Of a stretch of 64,000 nucleotides of DNA, positions 51,160-61,192 are shown piece by piece (positions within the stretch are counted from its first letter, which is position 1; the number at the start of each line of letters is the position of its first letter). Source of the DNA: Rebecca billardiae RCC1528. Taxonomy: Eukaryota; Protista; Haptophyta. Position numbers and translations under genes: made by a program. The notes under the pieces were generated by a model. That model saw nothing but the letters and a program-made list of their open reading frames with translations, was not told the origin of the DNA and did no database searches. The stretch spans positions 806,001 through 870,000 of the forward strand of contig OZ251246.1 in assembly GCA_965240325.2 (NCBI GenBank), written 5' to 3'.

Positions 51160-52257
51160 CAAGGGTGCCCGCGCCCCAGTGGCGCGCTCGGCGGATGTTG
51201 ATTGTTGGGATACACCTTTTTGCCCGCGGCCCTGCGGCGGCGGCGGCGATGGCGTGCTCCGCTGGCGGGGCGAGCGCACGGGGCACGGCGCTGCGGGCGC
51301 GGATGTGCCCGCGAAGCCGGCGCGTGCGGACGGGCTGTTGCGGGAGAGCATCTGGCGCCCTCCTGCGCCGCGCGACTTGCGCCACGCCTCTTTCGCCTCG
51401 GCTCAGAGCAGCGCGCACGCACGCGCCGCCTCAAGGCCAGCCTTGCCGCGCCGCAGCCGACCGCGCGCGCGCCGTGCGCGGCGTGGTCGGGAAGGAACGG
51501 GCGCTGCTGCCGGGCGAGATGGCGACGTCATGGGCGCACGCCATGCCGCCCCGCGGCGCCGCGAAAGAGCACGAGAACGGATCCGCACAGCTGTTGACGA
51601 GTGCTGATTTCTTGCCGTGCCTGAAGCCAGACCTGAGCTCGAAGAAGATGATGAAAGAGCATCAGCGCGAGGAAAGCGTCGCACCCAGCACTTCTACATG
51701 ACCACGCGGTGATGAACATTCATGTAAGAGTAGCCCGCGTGCCCGTCTGGCACTGTTCTGTGTCTCAATGATCGTCCCGACAACGGTCACGACCGCGAGG
51801 CAGTGCACACCATTTGTGACAAGTCGAAAAGGCGTGCAAACGGACCGACGACACTCTCGTCAAGGCGTGGCGGGGCGGCATGGCGTGCGCCTATGACGTC
51901 GCCATCTCGCCCGGCAGCAGCGCCCGTTCCTTCCCGACCACGCCGCGCACGGCGCGCGCGCGGTCGGCTGCGGCGCGGCAAGGCTGGCCTTGAGGCGGCG
52001 CGTGCGTGCGCGCTGCTCTGAGCCGAGGCGAAAGAGGCGTGGCGCAAGTCGCGCGGCGCAGGAGGGCGCCAGATGCTCTCCCGCAACAGCCCGTCCGCAC
52101 GCGCCGGCTTCGCGGGCACATCCGCGCCCGCAGCGCCGTGCCCCGTGCGCTCGCCCCGCCAGCGGAGCACGCCATCGCCGCCGCCGCCGCAGGGCCGCGG
52201 GCAAAAAGGTGTATCCCAACATCCGCCGAGCGCGCCACTGGGGCGCGGGCACCCTTG
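51160..52257. mobile_element. Fold-back MITE with ~390-bp TIRs (CAAGGGTG..CACCCTTG)
   Basis: 51160-~51552 is inverted at ~51872-52257; same terminus and similar length to 32061-33172; no clear TSD. Confidence 0.85.
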
Positions 52258-53300
52258 ACTCATTCTATGATTTAACGACACAGGTAGGACGACGCGGGTC
52301 TCCTGATTCGTCGGCGGCAGTGCCCGATCGTCGACACGAAGTCGGCGTTGGTGGCAGAGCATAGCCTGCACCGCTATCGTAAAGCTTGAGCGCGGCCTTG
52401 AGCTGCTGGAGCGCGATCCACCTGCGCTGCGCGGCTCGCATGGCCCTGCTGTGCCCCGAGCGAGGGCGATGGTGCAGGTCCGGATGTCAGCTGGCAGTCT
52501 CAGCCGCTGGTAGCAGCTGGTCGTACCTGCCCCGTGCTCCCCGGGCGGTCGCGTACGCGCTTGCCGCTCGAGCCAGCTGGCTGGCTGGCGGCGGCTGGCG
52601 CTGCGGCGTCGTCCAGGGTGCGCTTCGTCCGCTGCTGCGGCAGCTCCTCGTCGTCCAAGTCGTCGCCCGGGGGCGAGTCTCGGTCCTCGTGGAGCGGGGC
52701 AGCAGGGACTGGCGTGGGTGCAGCGGTCGGTGCCAGGCGCGCCGCCTTGCGCGCCTGGCGTTCCTTGACGGCGCGGCGCGTCGAGGAGCGACGGCTCGAT
52801 GGAGAACGAATCCGTCGGCCCTCGGCGTCGCGCCGTTGCCCGCGCTTCCCACGCCGGGGCTTCTTCTTCCGCTTCTGAGAGTGCTGCTGCTCGTCGTTCG
52901 CCTGCAGCTCCTCAGCGTCCGAGCCCTGCGCGGCGGGCGGGCGCACCGGCGAGGCCGGCGTGCGCGCTGCGTGCTGGGCGGTCCGCGGGGGAGCAGTAGG
53001 AGGCACGCCACGACCTCCCTTGCGCCGCCGGCGGGGGCCGGCGGTTTTTCCCTGTGGAGAAGCAGGGCCAGCCTCCTGCGTGGCCGTCCTGGCGATGGAG
53101 TGCGTCAGCCGCGTGCCATCCGCAAGCGTGATGGTCCACCAGCGCGAGAGGCCATCCGCGGCGGTGCGCTTCGATCCGTCACACAGTGCGCGGTCGGAGA
53201 AGCGCAGCTCGCCGGGGAAAGTCCCCTCGGGCTCGGTGTTCGTGGCGACGCTGGGCATCCTCGGTCTACGTGGCCATGCTGGGAGAAAGGGTGACTCCCT
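52258..53300 (-). pseudogene. Longest copy of repeat family T, with a decayed basic/acidic ORF
   Basis: Shares sequence with 9059-9575. Minus-strand frame QKRKKKPRRGKR..DDLDDEE..SG* continues past the stop; bounded by (TA)n at ~53304. Confidence 0.5.
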
Positions 53301-53368
53301 TGCATATATATATATATATATATATTTAAGAGAGAGGCCGGACCAAGTCGAGCACGGCGGACCAGTCC

Positions 53369-56269
53369 ATGGACATGGGCTCGGGCGTGGCCGCGCGCGC
53401 GCTCGCGCCATACATCGAGGACGAGGCGGTGCTCGAGTACACGGCTTGCGCCGCGGCGGATGTGTGGCGCGAACTCGGCCCACGCACCACGCGCGACGAC
53501 GTGCGCGACGCCATCGCTGACTTCTTCGGCAGCCCGGAAGGCGCTGCGAGCGCGAGCGCGCGCGTGCTTGAGGCGCTGGCCGCCGCCGCCGCATCGGGCG
53601 GCGGCGAGGGCGTAGAGAGCGGCCCCGCGGGCGCGGCGGCGGGGTTGAGCGAGGAGACGACGACGGGCACGCGGCCCTCCACGGCCGCCGCCCACGGCCA
53701 GATCGACCTGCAGCTCGAGCCGACCAAGCCCGAGCCACCGGCGGAGCGGCAGGGCGGTGGAGCACGCGACGCGGCGGCTGCGGCGGCGGCGGAGCCAGCG
53801 GCGAGGGCGGCGGCGGCGGGCTCTGGCGGGAATGCTCGGCGGCGCGGGGCCGCGCGCGCCGGCGCCGCCGCCGCGCCGCCCGACGAGCCCGTGCTCGACG
53901 ACTTTGCCGCCGCGTGGGAGGCGTGCAAGGCGGAGGGCGTCGCGTGGGGCGGGCGCGGCCGCGGCGGGCGCGGGGTGGGCCGGCAGTTCGCGTCGCTCTC
54001 GGCGGCGACGCGCGACGTGCACCTGGAGGGCACCACGCTGGCGTACGCCGGGCGCGAGCTGCTCGCGCCCACCACGCTCAAGCTCACCCACGGCCACGTG
54101 TACGCGTTGATTGGGCGGAACGGCGTTGGCAAGAGCACGCTGCTGCGGCGCATCGGCGCGGGCGCGCTGCCCGGGTTCCCCACGCAGCTCAGGGTGGCGA
54201 GTGTGGCGCAGGAGGTGGTGGGCGAGGGCGCGGAGCACGGCGCGCCGCGCGCTGCCGCGGGCGCCGACGAGAGCGAGGCGCAGCCCGGCGCGGCGCAGCC
54301 GCAGCCGCCGGCCGCGGCCGCGGGCGGCGGCGCGGCCGTTGCCGCTGCCGCGCCGCCGCCGCCGCTGCCGCAGCAGCAGCCAGCGCTCGCAGCCCTCGTG
54401 CAGGGCATGGGCGAGGCGCGCGCGCGCGCGCTCGAGGCGGAGCGCGACGCGCTCGAGGCCGCGCTGGCGGACGCTCTGGGCGCGGCCGAGGGCAGCGCGG
54501 CCGCGGCGGACGCTGCGGCCGTTGCAGAGCGGCTGTGCAATCTCGAGGCGGAGATCGAGGCGCTTGGGAGCGGCGAGGCGGAGGGGAGCGCGCGCGCGCT
54601 GCTCGGCGCGCTCGGCTTCAGCGAGGCCGCGATGCGCTCGCACCCCACCGCCGAGCTCTCGGGCGGCTGGCGCATGCGCCTCGCCCTCGCGCACGCCCTC
54701 GGCGCGCGCGCTGACGTGCTGCTTCTGGACGAGCCCACCAACCACCTCGACCTGCGCGCCGTCTTGTGGCTCGAGCGCGCGCTGCGGGGCGAGCTGGGCG
54801 CCGCGCCGGGCGGCGGCGGCGGCGGCGCGGGCGCGCTCCTCCGCCCGCCCTCCGAGCAGGCCATCCTCGTCGTCTCGCACGACGCCGACTTCTTGCGCGC
54901 GGTCGCGACCGACGTGATCGTGTTCGAGGGGCGGCAGCTCCGCTACTTCAGCGGCGGGCTGGACGAGTTCGAGGCGCGCGAGGCGGAGGCGGGCGCGGCG
55001 ATGGGCGGGCGGCTCGACGCGCGCGCGAGGCAGGAGAAGGCGGCGCGCGCCGCCGCCGACTCGATGCGCCGCGCCGCCGCGCGCTCGGCGAAGCACGGCT
55101 GCGCCAACGAGAACGCGCAGCGGCAGGCGAAGCAAAAAGAAAAGAAAATCGAGCGGATCGGCCTTTTCCGCGAGGACGGCCACGCGTTCAAGCTCAACTC
55201 GCTCAAGCGGCTCGACCCCAAGGCGCTCCGGCTGCCAGAGCGCGCCGACGCCGGCGCGGCCGCCGCGGCCGCGCGCGCCGCCAGGGCGGAGCACTTCGAG
55301 CTGCCCCCGCCGGACGCGGGCGCGCTGCGCGGCGCCTCGGAGGCAGACGACGTGTTGCTCTCCCTCACAGACGCGGCCTTTGGGTACGGCCACGGCCACG
55401 GCCACGCGCACGCGGTGGCGGCAGGCGGCGAGGGCGAGGGCGCGGCGCCGCCCCTGCTCGCCGGCATGTGCGCGCAGCTGCGGCTGCGCGCGCGCGTCGG
55501 CCTCGTCGGCGACAACGGCGCGGGCAAGACGACGCTGCTGCGGCTGCTGGCCGGTGAGCTTGAGCCCAACGGCGGCGGGCGGCTGTGGCGCCGGCCCGGG
55601 CTGCGCGTCGCGTACATCTCGCAGCACCACGCGGAGCGGCTGCGCGCGCGCGCGCCCGACGAGCCGGCGGCGCACTACCTCGCGCGCACGCGGCGGGTCT
55701 CCGAGCTCGAGGCGCGGAGCGCGCTCGGCCGGATGGGGCTGACGGGCGGCGCGGCGCTGCAGCCGCTGCGCGCGCTCTCGGGCGGGCAGCTCGTGCGCTG
55801 CTCGCTCGCCGAGCTGCTCTGGGAGGCGCCGCACGTGCTGCTACTGGACGAGCCCACCAACCACCTCGACGCCGGCGCGCGCGACGCGCTCGCGCGCGCG
55901 CTGCGCGAGTTCGGCGGCGCGACCGTGGTCGTCTCCCACGACCGAGCCTTCTGCGCCGCGTGCTGCGAGGAGCTGTGGGTGGTCGAGCGCGGCACGCTCA
56001 CGACGGCGCGCGCGGACGACGGCGCGGCCGCGGGCGACGCGCCGTTCGGCCGCCTCTTCGCGCGGTACGCCGAGGGCGTGCTCGCGCGCGGCGCGACCGC
56101 GGGCGCCGCGGAGCGCGCCGCGGCCGGCGAGCGCGGCGCGCGCGCCGCGGCCGGGCTCGCCGACGCGCGCGCCGCGGCCGGCGGCAAACAGGGCGGCGGT
56201 GGCAAGCGGCAGGTGGCGGCGAGCAAGCGCGGAGCAGGCGCGGGCGCGGCGCGCGCGGCGCTACTTTAA
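53369..56269 (+). CDS. ABC-F family ATPase (GCN20/ABCF3-like), intronless
   Basis: Two NBDs: GRNGVGKSTLL, LSGGWRMRLALA, LLLDEPTNHLD, VSHD; GDNGAGKTTLL, LSGGQ, LLLDEPTNHLD, VSHDR. No TM domains. Confidence 0.93.
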   Translation: MDMGSGVAARALAPYIEDEAVLEYTACAAADVWRELGPRTTRDDVRDAIADFFGSPEGAASASARVLEALAAAAASGGGEGVESGPAGAAAGLSEETTTGTRPSTAAAHGQIDLQLEPTKPEPPAERQGGGARDAAAAAAAEPAARAAAAGSGGNARRRGAARAGAAAAPPDEPVLDDFAAAWEACKAEGVAWGGRGRGGRGVGRQFASLSAATRDVHLEGTTLAYAGRELLAPTTLKLTHGHVYALIGRNGVGKSTLLRRIGAGALPGFPTQLRVASVAQEVVGEGAEHGAPRAAAGADESEAQPGAAQPQPPAAAAGGGAAVAAAAPPPPLPQQQPALAALVQGMGEARARALEAERDALEAALADALGAAEGSAAAADAAAVAERLCNLEAEIEALGSGEAEGSARALLGALGFSEAAMRSHPTAELSGGWRMRLALAHALGARADVLLLDEPTNHLDLRAVLWLERALRGELGAAPGGGGGGAGALLRPPSEQAILVVSHDADFLRAVATDVIVFEGRQLRYFSGGLDEFEAREAEAGAAMGGRLDARARQEKAARAAADSMRRAAARSAKHGCANENAQRQAKQKEKKIERIGLFREDGHAFKLNSLKRLDPKALRLPERADAGAAAAAARAARAEHFELPPPDAGALRGASEADDVLLSLTDAAFGYGHGHGHAHAVAAGGEGEGAAPPLLAGMCAQLRLRARVGLVGDNGAGKTTLLRLLAGELEPNGGGRLWRRPGLRVAYISQHHAERLRARAPDEPAAHYLARTRRVSELEARSALGRMGLTGGAALQPLRALSGGQLVRCSLAELLWEAPHVLLLDEPTNHLDAGARDALARALREFGGATVVVSHDRAFCAACCEELWVVERGTLTTARADDGAAAGDAPFGRLFARYAEGVLARGATAGAAERAAAGERGARAAAGLADARAAAGGKQGGGGKRQVAASKRGAGAGAARAALL

Positions 56270-56455
56270 CTTTGACGAAGACGCGATTATATTGTATATC
56301 GTCAAATATATTGAAGCGCGATGATGATCTGACGCGACGATACATACGTATGTATTGTATCAGTATGTACATGTATGTAATGTATGTATGTATGTCGTAT
56401 GTATATGTCGTAGTAGTATGTATATACATGTATATGTATATATATATACATATAT

Positions 56456-56539
56456 TTAACGACGACGTGGCAGCAGCATCGGACAAGCGTCAGGCTCAGA
56501 GTGCAACGTGAGACACATAGAATGCGTCTGCGCCTTCCG
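56456..56539 (-). mobile_element. Short 3'-end copy of family S
   Basis: Reverse complement of ~37953-38026 with small insertions; flanked by TA repeats. Confidence 0.8.
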
Positions 56540-56564
56540 ATGTATATATATATATATATATATA

Positions 56565-57100
56565 TTAACTACGACGCGTGGTATGCAACGGGCAGGCGTC
56601 AGAGTCAGCAAGCTGTAGCAGCAGATCGAGCAGCAGAGACAAACACCAGGATCAGCGCTCCTCGCCGTCGTCCCCCCCCCTCGTAGTCGCCCATCACTCC
56701 ATCGCCGAGCGGAAGCTCGACGCACCGTCTGGCGTCGACGCGCGCGCGCCACCGCGGTGGTCGCGGTGCCACGCGTCGTCAGCCGTCGTCTCGAAGTAGT
56801 CGTCGTATGCAGCGCCCCCGCGGGCGCGTGCCCCCGGGCGCACGTGCGCCATGCGCGCGCGGGCGATGAGCATCTTGGCCTGGCCACGCAGGCAGCGCAT
56901 GCCCAGCTCGCGCCCGGCATGGTGCCGAGCAGCGCGCGCTCGGCGGCGGGGCGCGAGGGCGCGCTGAGGCGCGCGCGCCACGTGTCCCGCCCCATCTTAT
57001 TGGCGATCTTCTTGGGGGTGAGGTCCACCTCCGCGCTCCACTCGCCGAACGCCCCCACGACAATCGGGACGATCGCGGGGAAGGTGTCGAGCCGCGCCTC
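56565..57100 (-). mobile_element. 5'-truncated non-LTR retrotransposon (CRE-like, RLE C-terminus plus 3' UTR)
   Basis: IVPIVVGAFGEWS.EV....KKIA...RELGMRCLRGQAKML resembles the P.vve.fG.w / L...lqrgna end of RLE domains; one frameshift; (TA)n at both ends. Confidence 0.65.
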
Positions 57101-57114
57101 GTATATATATATAT

Positions 57115-57592
57115 GTGGGGTTATTGGTACAATAACTGATTGTCTAAGACGACGACAAGAACGCCGGGCGCCAGCGCCGCTCATCAGCCACATCGCCCTC
57201 TACCAGACCATCGCCTCAAAGCGCTGCTCCCGGACAAACAGTCTGTCCGGGTTTGTCGCCGCGGAGATCTGCTGTTTCCGGCGCCCCCTGGCTGCTTCGC
57301 CAGGCGCGGGCGCGCGAGATGGCTGCAGCCGGGCTCGTGGCCCTGCGTCGCCGGCGGCGGCGGCTCGCACGCGGGTGGCGCGTCGCGTGCACCGACCAAC
57401 ATCTTTCGGCCGCGCCGCGTCTCGTCGACGGCGAGCGGCATGCCCACCGCATCTGCTGCCGCTCGCCAAGGCATGAGGACACGTAAATCCCACTGAGTAG
57501 GAACACACGCAGCCGCCTCGGCATCGACATGCCAGGCGGCGTGCCCACCTTCGGCCAGCTGTTGGCGTCGGCGTTCACGAGGACGGCTAGAC
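57115..57592 (+). mobile_element. Family 2 A+B deletion derivative
   Basis: 57115-57410 matches repeat A and 57415-57592 matches repeat B of the 17-19 kb element. Confidence 0.9.
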
Positions 57593-58031
57593 ATATATGT
57601 GGCGTTATAACGGAGTTATAACCGAGTGTGTCGGGAGGCTGGAAAGGCAACGCGCAGCTGGTGGACAAGGGCCGCCATCGTCTTCTAGGTCCTGCAGGTA
57701 GTTGCAGTCGATTTCCGGAGCTCATCGGCCACGGAGCTATCCTTTATCATCATCATGGCGGGCGCTGGTCCTTTCATATCGGCCAACCACACTGGCTCCT
57801 CTGTAAGTACCCGCTCCTCTCCACTATCCGGCGCTCGAGATCATATACAAGGTCATCTTAAGTCGGCGTGGCAACTTACCAAAGTTCATATCAAGCAGCC
57901 CACCTAGCAGAGCTCGCTCGATCATCGGTTACACGACCTTTCGGGCCGAGCTGCTCATCTCTCGGCAGCCCCTGCTTCGGCCTGCGCATCTGCAAAGCCC
58001 GAGGTCCCGCCATCTCCTCTGCGTTCTTTGC

Positions 58032-60488
58032 TTGTGCTCGTTGCTCGCCGCGCTCCCCTTTGACTCCACGTCGGCGCGCTTTGACCCTCCTCACACCAAC
58101 GTGCCGACGCCGCGGCGGCAGCGTGCGACTTCGTACCGCCCGCGGTCGGTTGCTGACATCCTCTTACCCGCGGCGCTCGAGCTCGTCGCGGGCTGGCGCC
58201 GCCGCGAGGAGGCCGACCTGCGCGCGTACCTCTCGCTCGGCTCAGCCGCCCGGCGCACCAACGCGCCGCTCGCCATCGGCCAGGACCTCTTCCACCCGGA
58301 GGCCCGCGGCATCGTCTGGGACCTTCGGAGCAAGGTGGACGGCGTGTACTTGCCGCTCGACTTCTCGGCGCCGCTCGAGTCGCGCACGCTCATGCCGGAC
58401 GCCCTCGAAGCTGCCGTCGGTCCCGACTTCCCCGACCGCGAGCTGCTCTCCTTTGTGCGCCACGGTGTGCGGTTCAAGGCCGATGTGGCTCTCCAGCTCG
58501 TGCTGCTGCCGCACCTCACCACCCTCGGCGCGGCCGCCTCCTCCGTGCACAAGGAGCTCCTCCGCCTCGCGGCGCGCGGCTGGTACAGCTTCTGGGACGA
58601 CTTCCCGTTCCTCCCGTGCCGGCTCAGCCCGCAGGGGTCCACGCCGCGCAAGCTCGAGCCGGACCGGCACCGCCGCACGACCGATGGCGGCGCGCCCCGC
58701 CGCGCGCTCGTCGACACAGCTGGCGTGCCTGTCATCCCGCTCAACGTCGCTGTCGGTCTCCACGACGAGGTCGCTGACGCGGCCGCGGGCTGGCACGACG
58801 TGCCCCGCCCAGCAGCGGCTGCCCCGTCCGCCGCGGCCGAGCGGATGATCGCAGCGGGTCTTACGCCCACCCTGCCGCGCGCGCCGCCGCGCAAGTGGCC
58901 GCGCGAAGCCAAGCCCACGGTCGGCGGCAAGATGCACGACAACGCGATCCTGCTCGACGCCGCCGCCGTGTTTGGCGAGCCAATACTCACGCTCACAGAC
59001 GACGTGGCCGACTTCTTCAACCACCTCGGCGTCGCAACGGCCGAGCTGCCAAACGTCTGCCTCCTCTGGCTGCGGCCGGACGGCGAGGGCGTTGCCGCCG
59101 GCGGCCACGTCGTCGTCTCTGAGTCGCGCCTCGGCTTTGGGCTCTCGCCCAGCAGTAACATCGCGCAGCGCCTAAGCACGACCGTCGTGCAGATCGCCTC
59201 GCGGTGCTTCGACGACGAGGAGCTGCCGCGCTTCGAGGCGATGCTCGCTGACCCGCTGACGCCCCCTGCTGTGCGCAGCTGGATCGAGCAGCGCCGTGCG
59301 CTCGCGGTGACCACGCGGCGCCCCCAGCTGCGCCTCTTCAGCGGCGACTGCTTCACGGACGACACCAACTTCTCCATCGTCGGCGTGGACAGAACGGTGC
59401 GCTTTCTCTCCGTCTGGCACCGCGTCACCACCAGCCTCGGCCTGCTCATGGCCATCCCCGAGAAGCGCCAAATCGGCCAGTCAGCGCTCTGGCTCGGCTG
59501 CGACTTTGTCGTCTGCGCTGGCGTCCTCGCGGTGCCGCCGGCCAAGATCCTGCGCGCTCTCGTCATCCTGGACGACTTGCTGGCGAGCAGGCCGGTACCC
59601 TTCTCTACCTTTCGCGCGCTCGTCGGTCTGCTCGAGCACTTCCGCCCGCTCACGCCGGCGAACCGCACGTTCTTCTACGGCCTGTACACGCACTTCGGCG
59701 AGCTCGGACGCCACCCAGCGCGGCCGGTGCCCATCACCGCCACGCTCCGCGCCGCGTGCGCGCGCTGGGCCAAGCTCCTGCGCTCCACCGCGGGCGTGCT
59801 CTTCTCCAACGCGCTGCCGGGCCCCTCGACCCGCCGGCACCTGCCGGCCGCGGCGCCGCCTGCGTTCGTGCTCTTCTCGGACGCCGCCAAGGATGGCGCG
59901 CGCGTGCCGTCGCTGGGGGGCTACGCCCACGGGCTCTGCTGGAGCCTGCCCTTGCGCGCGTCGGACCTCGCTCTGCCGGTGGTCGCGCTCGAGTTCGTCG
60001 CGCTGTTCGCCAACGTGCTGATCTTCGCGCCGCGCATTGCAGGCGCCGTCATCCGGCTCCGCACCGACAGCTCTGTCACCGACCACATCCTCCACAACCT
60101 GTCCGCGCACTCCCCGCTGCTGCAGCACGCGCACCTCGCGCTGCTCGACGCCCCTGAATGGCGGGCGATCGCAGAGCTGGCCGACTCGGAGTTCCTCCTC
60201 TCCGAGATGAACCCGTTGGCGGACGCAGCTAGCCGCGGCGAGTTTGGCGTCCTCGAGCGCCTGTGCGCCCAGCTCGGCCTACGCCCGACGTGGCTCGCAG
60301 TGCCCGTCGTGCGCGTGCAGGCGCTGCTTGACGAGCTCGTCGCGCTGCTCTCGCGTCCGCTCGTCCTCGCTGCCGATCCGCCCATGCCGCTGCGCGGTGA
60401 GCGCGTGGGCGAGGCCAGCAACCCTGGGCCGGTGTGGCGGCGCTCGCGAGTCCGTGGCGCGCCGCCCGCGGTGGGCGCTTGTCGCTGA
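58032..60488 (+). CDS. DIRS-type reverse transcriptase-RNase H, likely 5'-deleted (no gag; first ATG 58392)
   Basis: RRTTDGG, DDVADFFNHL, LGFGLSPSSNIAQRL, CFTDD, KRQIG..ALWLG; RNase H FSDAA, LEFVAL, RTDSS, NPLADAASRG. Confidence 0.88.
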   Translation: MCSLLAALPFDSTSARFDPPHTNVPTPRRQRATSYRPRSVADILLPAALELVAGWRRREEADLRAYLSLGSAARRTNAPLAIGQDLFHPEARGIVWDLRSKVDGVYLPLDFSAPLESRTLMPDALEAAVGPDFPDRELLSFVRHGVRFKADVALQLVLLPHLTTLGAAASSVHKELLRLAARGWYSFWDDFPFLPCRLSPQGSTPRKLEPDRHRRTTDGGAPRRALVDTAGVPVIPLNVAVGLHDEVADAAAGWHDVPRPAAAAPSAAAERMIAAGLTPTLPRAPPRKWPREAKPTVGGKMHDNAILLDAAAVFGEPILTLTDDVADFFNHLGVATAELPNVCLLWLRPDGEGVAAGGHVVVSESRLGFGLSPSSNIAQRLSTTVVQIASRCFDDEELPRFEAMLADPLTPPAVRSWIEQRRALAVTTRRPQLRLFSGDCFTDDTNFSIVGVDRTVRFLSVWHRVTTSLGLLMAIPEKRQIGQSALWLGCDFVVCAGVLAVPPAKILRALVILDDLLASRPVPFSTFRALVGLLEHFRPLTPANRTFFYGLYTHFGELGRHPARPVPITATLRAACARWAKLLRSTAGVLFSNALPGPSTRRHLPAAAPPAFVLFSDAAKDGARVPSLGGYAHGLCWSLPLRASDLALPVVALEFVALFANVLIFAPRIAGAVIRLRTDSSVTDHILHNLSAHSPLLQHAHLALLDAPEWRAIAELADSEFLLSEMNPLADAASRGEFGVLERLCAQLGLRPTWLAVPVVRVQALLDELVALLSRPLVLAADPPMPLRGERVGEASNPGPVWRRSRVRGAPPAVGACR

Positions 60489-60703
60489 GACACGGACGCC
60501 GCTGCATCGACTGCTCGCCAGTCGCGCGGCGCAGTTTGGCGGCGGCCGCCGCCCGTCGCGCTCGCGCTGCAGTCGCGCTCGCAGCCGGATCCGGCCCTCG
60601 CACCGGCGCACGCGTTGCCGGCTCCGCTGGGAGGCGCGCCCTGGCGACGCGGCGCACATCTCTCGCTCAAGTTGCAGCAACATCGTCTCTACGCTTCGGC
60701 CAA

Positions 60704-61192
60704 GCCTTTGTAGGCCACCAGCCTTTGTGGGCACAGCCTTTGCAGGCATACCCGTGACCTTTGTAGGCACAGCCTTTGTAGGCACACCCGTGACCTTTGT
60801 AGGCACAGCCTTTGTAGGCACAACCGTGACCTTTGTAGGCACACCAGTGACCTTTGTAGGCACAGCCTTTGTAGGCACACCCGTGACCTTTGTAGGCACA
60901 GCCTTTGTAGGCACACCAGTGACCTTTGTAGGCACACCAGTGACCTTTGTAGGCACACCAGTGACCTTTGTAGGCACAGCCTTTGTAGGCACACCCGTGA
61001 CCTTTGTAGGCACAGCCTTTGTAGGCACACCCGTGACCTTTGTAGGCCACACCAGTGACCTTTGTAGGCACACCAGTGACCTTTGTAGGCACAGCCTTTG
61101 TAGGCACATCCGTGACCTTTGTAGGCACACCAGTGACCTTTGTAGGCACAGCCTTTGTAGGCACAGCCCTTGCGGGCCAGACCTTTGTAGGT
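60704..61192. repeat. Tandem array of ~27 units of 15 bp (CCTTTGTAGGCACAG) and 21 bp (CCTTTGTAGGCACACCMGTGA)
   Basis: Seen directly; degenerate units at both edges. Confidence 0.95.

Noticed and set aside
58091-59668. Antisense ORF as the missing tyrosine recombinase
   Set aside because: No R..HxxR..Y pattern; it is the shadow frame of the RT.
60704-61192. CRISPR array next to an RT
   Set aside because: The inter-repeat parts are only 1-7 bp and recur rather than being unique spacers; there are no cas genes and the context is eukaryotic.
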